Source: an uncultured Actinomycetes bacterium
GTDB lineage: Bacteria; Actinomycetota; Actinomycetes; Nanopelagicales; Nanopelagicaceae
Direction: 5' to 3'
DNA: 64,000 bases
NCBI GenBank assembly: GCA_903919375.1
Contig: CAIXHZ010000067.1
Coordinates: forward strand, 10,291 to 74,290
This document shows, in pieces, positions 29,800-39,905 of the stretch (the first letter of the stretch is position 1; the number at the start of each line of letters is the position of its first letter). A program made the position numbers and the translations under genes. The notes beneath the pieces are model-generated. The model was not told the DNA's origin and made no database searches. It saw nothing but the letters and a program-made list of their open reading frames with translations.

Positions 29800-31436
29800 T
29801 TTCGCCAGCGCTCCGAGCAGAAGTTGAAGCCTGGATTGAGCTAGATCCAGATCCAAAGACAGCTGCCCAATTGCGCACCTGGTTAGATGAAAATAATCTA
29901 ACTGCGCTACAAAAATCATTTAACGGTTTTCTTCAATTTGGTACTGCTGGGTTACGTGGTCCGGTTGGACCTGGTCCTTCTTGTATGAATCGCGCAGTTG
30001 TCGGACGAACTGCCGCTGGTATCGCGATATATATGAAGGCCCGCGGCCTCACATCAGTTGTGATTGGTCGCGATGCTCGTCATGGCTCTGAAGATTTCAC
30101 CCAAGAGAGCGCTGAGATATTTGCTGGCGCCGGAATGGATGTGCACGTACTCCCCCGGCCATTGCCCACACCAGTTTTGGCATATGCCGTCAATGCGCTC
30201 GGCGTAGATGTTGGCGTCATGGTGACCGCAAGCCATAACCCGCCCGAGGATAATGGTTATAAAGTTTATTTAGGCGGAGAAGTTGATGGCATTGGCTATA
30301 ACGGATCGCAAATCATTGCACCTGCTGATTCACAGATTGCAGCGGCCATCGCTACCGTCTCAACTCACCAACCACGCGGTACGAAGTGGAGCACAGTGGA
30401 TGAGAAGATCATTCATTCATACGTATCCACAACAGCAGCCCTGGTACCTGCGCCCGAAAATCTCACCGTTGTATATACCGCAATGCATGGCGTTGGTACT
30501 GAAACTGTTCAGCATCTTTTTCATAAAGCTGGATTTGCTCAACCAATTTTAGTTGCAGCCCAATGCACGCCTGATCCAGATTTCCCCACCGTAAAATTCC
30601 CCAACCCGGAAGAGCCTGGTGCGATTGATCTTTCGCTAGAGACAGCTCGAGCTCACGGTGCAGATATCGTGATTGCCAATGATCCAGATGCCGATCGGTG
30701 CGCCGCTGCAACGCTCGACCCAGACCTCGGCTGGCGCATGCTGCGCGGTGATGAGGTAGGTGCCATCTTTGGGTATTACATTGCTACTCGCCTCCCCGAG
30801 CGCTGTCTCGGAAAATCATTTGCCAATTCCATCGTCTCATCCTCGCTCCTCTCCAAAGTTGCAGCTCACTTTGGAATTGAATTCCATGAGGTGCTTACTG
30901 GATTTAAGTGGCTGGCCAAGATTCCTAACCTGACTTACGGTTACGAAGAAGCGCTGGGTTATGCCGTGGACCCCACAACTGTCAACGATAAAGATGGCGT
31001 ATCAGCCGCGCTCATGCTTGCCAAAATTACCGGCGAGTTAAAGCGCGAAGGAACTAGCCTCATCGAATATCTTGATGAAATCTGGAATACCTTTGGCTTC
31101 CACCGCACCGAACAACTCTCCATCCGCGTCACCGATCTCTCCCAGGTCGACCATGTCCTTACTGGGTTACGCCAGAACCCTCCCACTTCCATCGCCGGGT
31201 TTACCGTGGATAAGTTTGAAGATTTGGCCGAGCCTTCCGGCTCACTTCCGGCTACTAATGGCTTACGCTTGACTCTCGCCGACGGCATACGAATCATCAT
31301 TCGTCCCAGCGGAACTGAAGCTAAGATGAAGTGTTACATTGAAGTGGTGAGGCCTTCTGGAAGTACGAGCGAGCGATCAATCGCCGAAGAGATGGTGGCA
31401 CGCCTTCGCGCGCAGCTGTCGAAAGTACTCGCATGA
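29796..31436 (+). CDS. PGM2-like phosphosugar mutase, probable phosphopentomutase
   Basis: FGTAGLRG, TASHNP, NDPDADR, YEEALGY, DKDG, IRPSGTEAK; located between punA and deoC. Confidence 0.88.
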   Translation: MISPALRAEVEAWIELDPDPKTAAQLRTWLDENNLTALQKSFNGFLQFGTAGLRGPVGPGPSCMNRAVVGRTAAGIAIYMKARGLTSVVIGRDARHGSEDFTQESAEIFAGAGMDVHVLPRPLPTPVLAYAVNALGVDVGVMVTASHNPPEDNGYKVYLGGEVDGIGYNGSQIIAPADSQIAAAIATVSTHQPRGTKWSTVDEKIIHSYVSTTAALVPAPENLTVVYTAMHGVGTETVQHLFHKAGFAQPILVAAQCTPDPDFPTVKFPNPEEPGAIDLSLETARAHGADIVIANDPDADRCAAATLDPDLGWRMLRGDEVGAIFGYYIATRLPERCLGKSFANSIVSSSLLSKVAAHFGIEFHEVLTGFKWLAKIPNLTYGYEEALGYAVDPTTVNDKDGVSAALMLAKITGELKREGTSLIEYLDEIWNTFGFHRTEQLSIRVTDLSQVDHVLTGLRQNPPTSIAGFTVDKFEDLAEPSGSLPATNGLRLTLADGIRIIIRPSGTEAKMKCYIEVVRPSGSTSERSIAEEMVARLRAQLSKVLA

Positions 31437-32374
31437 GCGCCCTTATTGACGGGAGCGAGGCATCGCTTAAGCAATTCCTCAAAACCCTTCCGCCGGTCGA
31501 TCAAGTAGGTGTTGAAGCTCGCGCTGCGATGCTGGGCACCCGAAGCATTAAGAACGAGAGCAAGAACAGAGCGATCGATTTGGCGATCAGCATGGTCGAT
31601 CTCACAACGCTCGAAGGCGCAGATACCCCAGGCAAAGTCCGCGCTCTCGCTAGCAAAGCGGTTCGACCAGATCCATCCGACCCCACGGTTCCTAGCGTCG
31701 GGGCGATCTGCGTCTACAACGATATGGTCGGGATCGCTCGCACCCACCTTGATGCCATCGGTGGCGCACATATTCCTGTTGCTGCCGTTTCGACTGCTTT
31801 TCCTTCGGGTCGAGCCAGCATAGAAGTCAAGAAGCAAGATACGCTCGATGCGCTTAACGCTGGCGCAGGCGAGATTGATATGGTCATCGACCGCGGAGCA
31901 TTCTTGTCAGGGCGCCTCGGTGAAGTTTTTGATGAGATAGTCCTCATTAAGTCTCTTTGCGGCGATCGTGCCCATCTAAAAGTTATCTTCGAAACTGGCG
32001 AACTTGTCACTTACGACAATGTCCGCAAAGCCTCTTATTTGGCGATGCTCGCTGGCGCAGATTTTATTAAAACCAGCACAGGCAAAGTCGCGCCAGCTGC
32101 CACTCCGCCCGTTGTTTTAGTGATGCTCGAGGCAGTTCGCGATTATTACGCCCTGACCGGCACTCGTATCGGAGTCAAGCCCGCTGGTGGTATTCGCACT
32201 ACCAAAGATGCGATCAAGCAGTTAGTTCTTGTCAATGAGACGGCCGGCCCCGAATGGCTTACGCCTTCGCTCTTTAGAATTGGTGCTAGCGCCCTACTCA
32301 ATGACCTACTCATGCAGCGCATGAAGATGCGTGAGGGCTACTACAGCAGTCCTCAGTATGTGACCCTGGATTAA
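31433..32374 (+). CDS. deoC: Deoxyribose-phosphate aldolase, long DERA type
   Basis: DLTTL, EIDMVI, HLKVIFETGEL, FIKTSTGK, KPAGGIR, FRIGAS. Confidence 0.95.
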   Translation: MSALIDGSEASLKQFLKTLPPVDQVGVEARAAMLGTRSIKNESKNRAIDLAISMVDLTTLEGADTPGKVRALASKAVRPDPSDPTVPSVGAICVYNDMVGIARTHLDAIGGAHIPVAAVSTAFPSGRASIEVKKQDTLDALNAGAGEIDMVIDRGAFLSGRLGEVFDEIVLIKSLCGDRAHLKVIFETGELVTYDNVRKASYLAMLAGADFIKTSTGKVAPAATPPVVLVMLEAVRDYYALTGTRIGVKPAGGIRTTKDAIKQLVLVNETAGPEWLTPSLFRIGASALLNDLLMQRMKMREGYYSSPQYVTLD

Positions 32375-32387
32375 TGGAGACGATGAG

Positions 32388-33845
32388 ATGAGTAAAGAGC
32401 CCATGGATACTTTTGATTACGCACCAGCGCTAGAGTCGACAGCGGTTGTCGATATCAAAGCGCAGTACAACCTCTTCATCAACGGTAAATTTGTGGCACC
32501 TAAATCCGGCAAGTACTTTGCCACCATCAATCCAGCAACCGAGGAACTCCTCTCGAAAGTTGCCTTTGCGGATCTCGCCGATGTAAATGCTGCTGTGAGC
32601 GCTGCGCGCGGAGCTTTCACAAAAACGTGGTCGAAGATGCCCGCTGCCGAGCGCGGTAAATACCTCTTCCGGATAGCTCGCATCTTGCAAGAACGTGCCC
32701 GCGAGTTTGCCGTCTTAGAGACGCTCGATAACGGCAAGCCGATCCGTGAGACGCGCGATACCGATATTCCACTCGCCGCTGCACATTTCTTTTATCACGC
32801 TGGCTGGGCCGACAAATTGGAGTATGCAGGAGTAGGTAATTCACCTAAACCACATGGCGTCGCTGCTCAAATTATTCCGTGGAATTTTCCATTATTGATG
32901 CTTGCGTGGAAAGTAGCCCCGGCACTTGCCACCGGCAACACCGTCGTTCTCAAGCCAGCAGAGACAACTCCCCTCACTGCCCTGCTCTTCGCTGAAGTCT
33001 GTCAGCAAGCTGGCCTACCCGCAGGAGTCGTCAATATCCTCACTGGCGATGGCAGCACTGGCGCACATCTAGTCAATCACCCTGGAGTCGACAAAGTTGC
33101 CTTCACTGGCTCCACAGACGTTGGAAAAGCAATCGCTCGCGCGGTCGCTCCCACCAAGAAGAGTCTGACGCTCGAACTCGGCGGTAAAGGCGCCAATATT
33201 ATTTTTGAAGATGCTGCCATGGACGAAACTGTCGAAGGCATCGTTAACGGCATATTCTTCAATCAAGGCCATGTCTGCTGCGCTGGTTCGCGCCTCTTGG
33301 TTCAAGAGAATGTGCTCGATGAAGTCGTTGAAAAGCTAAAGCGCCGCATGCAACTCATTCGCTTAGGTAATCCGCTCGATAAGAACACAGATATCGGTGC
33401 GATTAATAGCTCAGCGCAATTGGCACGCATTACCGAGATATCTGCAACTGGCGACGCTGAAGGAGCGCAGCGATGGACCATCAATTGCGATCTCCCCAAT
33501 AAGGGATTCTGGTATCCCCCAACTATTTTTACCGGCGTTACCCAAGCTCATCGCATCGCGCAAGAAGAAATTTTCGGACCAGTCCTCTCCGTTCTCTCGT
33601 TCCGAACCCCGGCCGAGGCAATTGAGAAAGCAAATAACACGCCTTATGGATTATCGGCAGGCGTATGGAGCGATAAGGGTGCTCGCATACTCTGGACCGC
33701 CCAACGCCTCAAAGCAGGTGTCATTTGGGCTAACTCATTTAATAAATTTGATCCCACCAGTCCCTTTGGTGGCTTTAAAGAATCTGGCTGGGGCCGCGAA
33801 GGTGGCCGACATGGAATTAGCGCCTATGTGAAGGGAAATATGTAA
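32388..33845 (+). CDS. Aldehyde dehydrogenase, catalytic (ALDH16 N-terminal-half-like)
   Basis: [23 protein letters not shown] (Glu), [12 protein letters not shown] (Cys), EEIFGP. Confidence 0.93.
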   Translation: MSKEPMDTFDYAPALESTAVVDIKAQYNLFINGKFVAPKSGKYFATINPATEELLSKVAFADLADVNAAVSAARGAFTKTWSKMPAAERGKYLFRIARILQERAREFAVLETLDNGKPIRETRDTDIPLAAAHFFYHAGWADKLEYAGVGNSPKPHGVAAQIIPWNFPLLMLAWKVAPALATGNTVVLKPAETTPLTALLFAEVCQQAGLPAGVVNILTGDGSTGAHLVNHPGVDKVAFTGSTDVGKAIARAVAPTKKSLTLELGGKGANIIFEDAAMDETVEGIVNGIFFNQGHVCCAGSRLLVQENVLDEVVEKLKRRMQLIRLGNPLDKNTDIGAINSSAQLARITEISATGDAEGAQRWTINCDLPNKGFWYPPTIFTGVTQAHRIAQEEIFGPVLSVLSFRTPAEAIEKANNTPYGLSAGVWSDKGARILWTAQRLKAGVIWANSFNKFDPTSPFGGFKESGWGREGGRHGISAYVKGNM

Positions 33846-34684
33846 TGAGAATTGATGTCATGAAGACTTACAAGCTCTATATCAATGGTGCATTCCCTCG
33901 CAGCGAATCTGGTCGAGTCTATGAAGTAAAAGACTCTAAAGGTAAGTTCCTTGCAAATCCATGCCTTGCTTCTCGCAAAGATCTTCGCGATAGCGTCGTC
34001 GCCGCCCGCGCTGCACAAGCTGGCTGGAGCAAAGCAACGGCATATAACCGTGGTCAGATTCTCTATCGCGTTGCCGAGATCATGGAAGGTCGCCGCGAAC
34101 AATTTGCGGCAGAAATTGTGGCCATGGAAGGTGCAACCCCCAAAGCAGCTCTTGCACAAGTAGCGGCTGCTATCGACACCTGGGTGTGGTACGCCGGTTG
34201 GACTGACAAAATTTCAGCCGTAGCGGGTTCAACCAATCCTGTTGCTGGACCGTTCTATAACTTCACGACCCCAGAAGCAATTGGAGTTGTTGCAGTTTTT
34301 GCCGATTCGAAGCCTTCGCTCCTAGGTCTAGTAAGCGCTATCGCACCAGTAATCGCATCAGGAAATACTGCAGTTGTACTCGCAAGTGAGAAGTTTCCAT
34401 TGGGCGCCATAACGCTGAGTGAAGCGCTTGCGACATCGGATCTTCCTGCTGGCGTCATCAACATTCTCACTGGAAAATCTTCCGAATTAGCCTCGTGGGC
34501 CGCCTCTCACATGGATATCGATGCTATCGACGCCACCGGTCTTTCCAAGAAGCTTGAAGTCGAAGCTCGAATTGCCGGCGCGCAGAACTTGAAGCGAATA
34601 CATTCCTTCTCGGAAATTAAATCAGCATCGCGAATCTTGGCCTTTATGGAGAATAAGACGGTCTGGCACCCCATCGGGGTTTAG
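33845..34684 (+). CDS. Truncated non-catalytic ALDH-fold protein (ALDH16 C-terminal-half-like)
   Basis: KLYINGAF, RKDLRDSV, RGQILYRVAE, ASGNTAV, LPAGVINIL, ends KTVWHPIGV; no ELGG or catalytic Cys; TAATG-coupled to the upstream ALDH. Confidence 0.85.
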   Translation: MRIDVMKTYKLYINGAFPRSESGRVYEVKDSKGKFLANPCLASRKDLRDSVVAARAAQAGWSKATAYNRGQILYRVAEIMEGRREQFAAEIVAMEGATPKAALAQVAAAIDTWVWYAGWTDKISAVAGSTNPVAGPFYNFTTPEAIGVVAVFADSKPSLLGLVSAIAPVIASGNTAVVLASEKFPLGAITLSEALATSDLPAGVINILTGKSSELASWAASHMDIDAIDATGLSKKLEVEARIAGAQNLKRIHSFSEIKSASRILAFMENKTVWHPIGV

Positions 34685-34687
34685 TGC

Positions 34688-35779
34688 CTATTCGGCTGAG
34701 ATTCGGGCGTAGCCCGGCTTTACGATCTCTTCAATGATCTTTAAGCGCTCCTCATAAGGAATAAAGGCGCTCTTGAGAGCATTAATCGTGACGCGTTGAA
34801 GATCGGTAAAGGTCCAACCGAAGGCTCGTACCGACTCCGACATCTCATATGACATTGAAGTACGACTCATCAGGCGATTATCGGTATTGATAGTCACTCG
34901 GAAGCGAAGCTTCTCCAATATTCCAATCGGATGTGAGGCATAATCTTTGGCGGCGCCGGTTTGAAGGTTAGAGGTAGGGCATAGCTCAAGTGGAATACGA
35001 CGATCGCGGACATATTGCGCCAAACGTCCAAGCTTTGGCTCGGCGCCTGTGAAATCAATATCGTCGATGATGCGAACACCGTGACCCAGGCGCTCTGCGC
35101 CGCACATCTGAATTGCTTGCCAGATTGAAGGCAGGCCATATGCCTCACCGGCGTGAATAGTGAAGTGAGCATTTTCTTGGCGGAGATAATCAAAGGCTGC
35201 CTGCTGATTGGTGGGAGGGAAACCATCTTCTGGCCCCGCGATATCAAATCCCACTACCCCGCGATCGCGATACTCCACTACTTTGCGTGCTACCAGATCG
35301 GCTTGTTCAAGGTGGCGAAGTGCGCAGAGAATAGATTCCACTCGAATGGTGAAACCTTCCGCATTGGCATCAATCTCTCCTAAGCGGTAACCCTCGACCG
35401 TTGCTTCGATAACATCGCCCAGCGAGAGGCCCTGTTCGGTAAAGAGTTCAGGGGCGCCACGAACTTCGGCATAGACAACACCGTCGCGGGCTAAATCTAG
35501 AGCACATTCGCGCGCTACTCGAATAATTGATTCGCGGGTCTGCATGACTGCAACCGTGTGTGCAAAAGTCTCCAAATATCGCTCAAGTGAACCCGAGTTA
35601 CAGGACTCCTCAAACCAATCAGCGAGCTTTACTGGGTCGGTTGTGGGCAAGGTGTAGTTGATCTCGGCTGCGAGTTCAATGATCGTCTGAGGTCGCAGGC
35701 CACCATCGAGATGATCATGAATAACTGCTTTAGGTACTCGGAGAATTTGATCTGCTGTTGGAATGTTGGTTAGCGACAT
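34688..35779 (-). CDS. add: Adenosine deaminase
   Basis: HDHLDGG, GFDIAG.E, TIHAGE, ERLGHG, ELCPTSN, NTDNR. Confidence 0.95.
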   Translation of the reverse strand: MSLTNIPTADQILRVPKAVIHDHLDGGLRPQTIIELAAEINYTLPTTDPVKLADWFEESCNSGSLERYLETFAHTVAVMQTRESIIRVARECALDLARDGVVYAEVRGAPELFTEQGLSLGDVIEATVEGYRLGEIDANAEGFTIRVESILCALRHLEQADLVARKVVEYRDRGVVGFDIAGPEDGFPPTNQQAAFDYLRQENAHFTIHAGEAYGLPSIWQAIQMCGAERLGHGVRIIDDIDFTGAEPKLGRLAQYVRDRRIPLELCPTSNLQTGAAKDYASHPIGILEKLRFRVTINTDNRLMSRTSMSYEMSESVRAFGWTFTDLQRVTINALKSAFIPYEERLKIIEEIVKPGYARISAE

Positions 35780-35781
35780 AG

Positions 35782-37077
35782 TTACCCCTCGATGCGATCA
35801 ATAATAAGTGGCAAGCGATCAACTTTCTCACCAGTCGATGAAATTCGGAAGGAGCCTTCGAGTGATTCGATTGCTCGTTCAAATCGTGCAGGTTCATCGG
35901 TGTACAAGGTGTAGATCAACTGACCCTTCTTCACCAGCTCACCGGGCTTTGCATGCATCTCGATACCTGCGCCGGCTTGAACAGCTTCACCTTGTCGTGA
36001 TCGACCAGCGCCCAGGCGCCAGGCCGCAACTCCTACCTTCATCGCATCCATAGCGATCAATTCACCATGGGAATCGGCAGTTATCTGCATGCTCTCCTTA
36101 GCGACCGGAAGTTTGGCATCAGGATCTCCACCTTGCAACGAGATCATCGAGCGCCAGACATCCATGGCCGAGCCATTTTTCAGGGCATCGGCTGGATCCA
36201 TGAGCGGCTTTATCCCAGCGGTATCGAGCATCTCGCGAGCAAGAATGAGAGTTAACTCCACGACATCCGCTGGGCCACCGCCAGCAAGGACTTCTAGAGT
36301 CTCGCGTACTTCTAAAGCATTTCCGGCAGTGAGTCCGAGCGGTACATCCATTGCAGTGACCAGGGCGCGAGTCTTCACGCCTGCGTTGGTGCCAAGCTCG
36401 ACCATTACTCGGGCAAGTTCGCGAGCTTTTGCTGGGTCGCTCATAAATGCACCGGAGCCAGTCTTCACATCTAGGACGAGTGCACTAGTACCTTCGGCGA
36501 TCTTCTTTGACATAATGCTTGATGCAATGAGTGGAATGGCTTCCACTGTCGCCGTGACATCGCGAAGTGCATAAAGTTTCTTATCGGCAGGAGCTAGGCC
36601 AGCACCGGCAGCGCAGATAACGGCGCCACATTCCTGCAAGACGTGGAGCATCTCCTCGTTAGAGAGCGATGCCCGCCAACCTGGAATCGATTCCAACTTA
36701 TCGAGCGTTCCACCGGTATGTCCTAGGCCTCGACCAGAGAGTTGTGGGACTGCTCCCCCGCATGCTGCAACGAGCGGTGCGAGTGGCAGGGTGATCTTGT
36801 CGCCAACTCCGCCCGTCGAGTGCTTATCCACGGTAATTCGCTTAACCGCAGACCAGTTCATTCGTTCGCCACTGCGAATCATCGCATCGGTCCAGCGCGA
36901 GATTTCGCGGGCGTTCATCCCGTTAAGCAAGATGGCCATGGCTAGAGCTGACATCTGCTCATCTGCTACGACACCACGGGTGTAGGCATCGACTACCCAA
37001 TCGATCTGCGGATCAGTTAATTCGTGGCGATCGCGCTTAGCGGCGATAATTTCGACAGCTGCGAATGCTTCACTCAT
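35782..37077 (-). CDS. deoA: Thymidine/pyrimidine nucleoside phosphorylase
   Basis: DKHSTGGVGDK, SGRGLGHTGGTLDKLESIPG, YALRDVT, SSIMSKK. Confidence 0.95.
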   Translation of the reverse strand: MSEAFAAVEIIAAKRDRHELTDPQIDWVVDAYTRGVVADEQMSALAMAILLNGMNAREISRWTDAMIRSGERMNWSAVKRITVDKHSTGGVGDKITLPLAPLVAACGGAVPQLSGRGLGHTGGTLDKLESIPGWRASLSNEEMLHVLQECGAVICAAGAGLAPADKKLYALRDVTATVEAIPLIASSIMSKKIAEGTSALVLDVKTGSGAFMSDPAKARELARVMVELGTNAGVKTRALVTAMDVPLGLTAGNALEVRETLEVLAGGGPADVVELTLILAREMLDTAGIKPLMDPADALKNGSAMDVWRSMISLQGGDPDAKLPVAKESMQITADSHGELIAMDAMKVGVAAWRLGAGRSRQGEAVQAGAGIEMHAKPGELVKKGQLIYTLYTDEPARFERAIESLEGSFRISSTGEKVDRLPLIIDRIEG

Positions 37078-37470
37078 TTATTTGAGATCCTCTGGGCCAA
37101 AAGCCCACGGCAAGATAGTGGACATCGGTGATGGCCCATCGGGAGTCATGAGTAACATATCTTTCCCGCCATGTTCAAAGAGCAATTGCCGACACCGACC
37201 ACACGGTGAGAGAAAATTACCACTGCCATCGACACAGACAACGGCAATGAGCTTTCCGCCACCACTGGCGATGAGATCAGAGATCATTCCGCACTCGGCG
37301 CAGAGCGTCATTCCATAACTCGCATTTTCGACATTGCAGCCTCGAACAATTCGACCATCATTTACAAGGCCAGCAACACCTACGGGGAATTGTGAGTAGG
37401 GGGCATAGGCCTTACTCATAATTGCACGTGCTTCTTGGTGCAGGAGATCCCAATTAATAGATGTGCTCAT
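37078..37470 (-). CDS. cdd: Cytidine deaminase (tetrameric type)
   Basis: AYAPYS.FPVG, NVENASY, CAE, PCGRCRQ. Confidence 0.95.
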   Translation of the reverse strand: MSTSINWDLLHQEARAIMSKAYAPYSQFPVGVAGLVNDGRIVRGCNVENASYGMTLCAECGMISDLIASGGGKLIAVVCVDGSGNFLSPCGRCRQLLFEHGGKDMLLMTPDGPSPMSTILPWAFGPEDLK

Positions 37471-38736
37471 TTATGCACCCCGCTTATAAGCAACGCCATC
37501 AGCGGCAGGTGCTCGCACCCGGCCCACGAGACCAGAGACTGCGATGATTGTGGCAATGTACGGAACCATCAACATAAATTCAGATGGAATGGCGACGCCG
37601 ATAATCGAGAGTGTCTGTTGTAATTTATCGGCAAATCCAAAGAGGAGAGCGGCCGAGAGCGCGCCCATGGGACTCCACTTGCCGAAGATCAACGCCGCGA
37701 GTGCAATAAAGCCACTTCCGGCCGTCATCTCTTTTCCAAATGAACCGACGGAACCAACAGTGAAGTATGCGCCACCAATTCCTGCCACAAGCCCTGCGAT
37801 CATGACATTGCGGAAACGGAGCTTGTTGACATCGATACCAACGCTATCTGCGGCAGTGGGGTGCTCTCCCACCGCGCGGGTACGTAACCCCCATTTGGTA
37901 CGAAAGAGCGCAAAGGCAATAACACCAACAATCAAATACATCAGATAGACGATGATGGTCTGGTCAAAGAGAATCGGACCAATGATGGGTAATTTACCCA
38001 GCACTGGGATCTCAATCTGATTAAAGGTGGGACCGGAATTCCAGGTTGCTTGGTAGGGAATCAATAACTTCTTATAAAGGAAGTCGGTGAGGCCATAGAC
38101 AAGAACGTTGAGAACAAAGCCCAAAATCACTTGGTCCACAGAAAACTTGATGGCAAAGGTAGCGAGTAAGAGTGAGATCAGCGCACCGGCAAATGGCGCA
38201 ACGAGCAGGCCAAGTGCAGATTTATGAGTCAAGCTCGCTACAACGCCTGATGCAAAAGCGCCAGCAAGAAGTTGGCCTTCGATCGCAATATTGATTACGC
38301 CCGAGCGTTCACAGAGCAGACCCGACATGGATCCAAAGATCAAGGGAACAGCGAGAAGAAGTGCGCCTTGCAAGAGACCGGTCATGGGAATGAATTTTCC
38401 AGTAGCAGCCCAGCTCATAAATGAGATGAGAAGTCCAAAGGAGGTAATACCGCTTCCGAGGCCAATAGTCTTTCCGCGCTTGAAAGAAAGGTAACTTACG
38501 CCAATTCCTATGAATGCGATCAACGCAAAGAGAATTGAGGCATAGCTAGAGCGAACATCCCAACGGCTAAAGAAGTGCCATTCGCTTCCGAGTACAAATC
38601 CAAAACTTGTCTTCTGAGTGCTGGAGCTAAAGAAGCCGAATTTAAGAAGAGCGCCCAAAGAGAGGAGGGCCATCACTGCGATCAAACGCAGTTGACGCTT
38701 TTGCGCAGCGGAGCGAACGATTGTTTGAGTACTCAT
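37471..38736 (-). CDS. Nucleoside ABC transporter permease (NupC-like)
   Basis: ERSGVINIAIEG, GLRTRAVGEHP.AA, GFIALAALIFGKW. Confidence 0.92.
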   Translation of the reverse strand: MSTQTIVRSAAQKRQLRLIAVMALLSLGALLKFGFFSSSTQKTSFGFVLGSEWHFFSRWDVRSSYASILFALIAFIGIGVSYLSFKRGKTIGLGSGITSFGLLISFMSWAATGKFIPMTGLLQGALLLAVPLIFGSMSGLLCERSGVINIAIEGQLLAGAFASGVVASLTHKSALGLLVAPFAGALISLLLATFAIKFSVDQVILGFVLNVLVYGLTDFLYKKLLIPYQATWNSGPTFNQIEIPVLGKLPIIGPILFDQTIIVYLMYLIVGVIAFALFRTKWGLRTRAVGEHPTAADSVGIDVNKLRFRNVMIAGLVAGIGGAYFTVGSVGSFGKEMTAGSGFIALAALIFGKWSPMGALSAALLFGFADKLQQTLSIIGVAIPSEFMLMVPYIATIIAVSGLVGRVRAPAADGVAYKRGA

Positions 38737-39905
38737 CCGTTCCATCCCTTCGACTCGAGCGCTGCCCCGCTTTGAATATTTTTAATGCGGAAGAGATAAC
38801 GAACCAACGTGGGTGCTGCGATAAAGAGAACGATAAGCGCCTGAATTACCAAGACGATATCTAGCGGTGTGCCGGTATTGGATTGCATGGTTCGGCCGCC
38901 GGTGCGAAGGGCGCCAAAGAGGAGCGCTGCCGCAACTGTTCCACCTGGCTTTGCTCGACCAAGGAGCGCCACGGTGATCGCATCGAATCCAAAAGACCCG
39001 CCAATATCTGCCGTGAGTGCGTATTCGCTGCCGAGCAGGTGGGTTGCACCGCCTAAGCCCGCAAGTGCGCCACAGAGCGCCATGGTGGAGGTGATGACGA
39101 ATGCCACTGAAATTCCAGCAGTCTTGGCTGCAGCAGCATTGGCACCAACGGCACGAAATTTGAATCCCACGGTAGTGCGAGCAAGTAGCCACCAGATAAA
39201 AAGCGCCGCCAAGAGCGCGACAAAAATTCCAGCATGGATGCGCAGGTTGGGGCCGAAGAGGTGCGGCAAGCGAGCGTTATTTCCGACTTCCGGCGCCATC
39301 GGATCGATTCGACCAGGGCGTAGAAATGCTTTGGTCTTGAGAATCCAGAGAATAAAGAAGCCAGCGATGTAGTTCATCATGATTGTCACGATAACTTCAT
39401 GAGCGCCGGTCTTTGCTTTAAGCAGCCCAACAATTCCACCCCAGAACGCTCCACAGAGCGCGCCACCGATCAAGGCGAGAAGAACGTGCGCTCCAATCGG
39501 GAGGTCATAATGGAATCCAATGTAGGAAGCGCCAATTGCCCCAAAGATGAATTGGCCTTGCGCGCCAATGTTAAAGAGTCCAGATTTGAAAGCGAGTGCG
39601 ACAGAGAGTCCAGTAAGGATCAGTGGCGTTGCAGTAACAATTGTGTCGGATAATGGATAGAAGCCCTGAGCTAAACCATGGGCGCGGGCCAAGTTGATAT
39701 CAAAGATGGATCCCTGAAAGAGTGCTAGATAGGCGTTTCCAATTGTTGCACCCGCAGTGGTGAGAAATTTTCCGGGGTGAGAGGCGAGCTTTAAGACTCG
39801 ACTATCAGAGAGAGCGATCAAGACTCCCGAGATCAAGAAGGCGAGAAGAAATGAGAGTGCGGGCAGGGTCAGAACATTCTCTGCTTTTCGGAGAAATTTT
39901 TTCAT
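38733..39905 (-). CDS. Nucleoside ABC transporter permease (NupB-like)
   Basis: GLFNIGAQGQ, HEVIVTIMMNY, GFDAITVALLG. Confidence 0.92.
   Translation of the reverse strand: MKKFLRKAENVLTLPALSFLLAFLISGVLIALSDSRVLKLASHPGKFLTTAGATIGNAYLALFQGSIFDINLARAHGLAQGFYPLSDTIVTATPLILTGLSVALAFKSGLFNIGAQGQFIFGAIGASYIGFHYDLPIGAHVLLALIGGALCGAFWGGIVGLLKAKTGAHEVIVTIMMNYIAGFFILWILKTKAFLRPGRIDPMAPEVGNNARLPHLFGPNLRIHAGIFVALLAALFIWWLLARTTVGFKFRAVGANAAAAKTAGISVAFVITSTMALCGALAGLGGATHLLGSEYALTADIGGSFGFDAITVALLGRAKPGGTVAAALLFGALRTGGRTMQSNTGTPLDIVLVIQALIVLFIAAPTLVRYLFRIKNIQSGAALESKGWNG

Noticed and set aside
33845-34684. ALDH pseudogene
   Set aside because: Open frame, translational coupling, a clean domain-level deletion and an intact C-terminal strand fit an ALDH16-like second half better than decay
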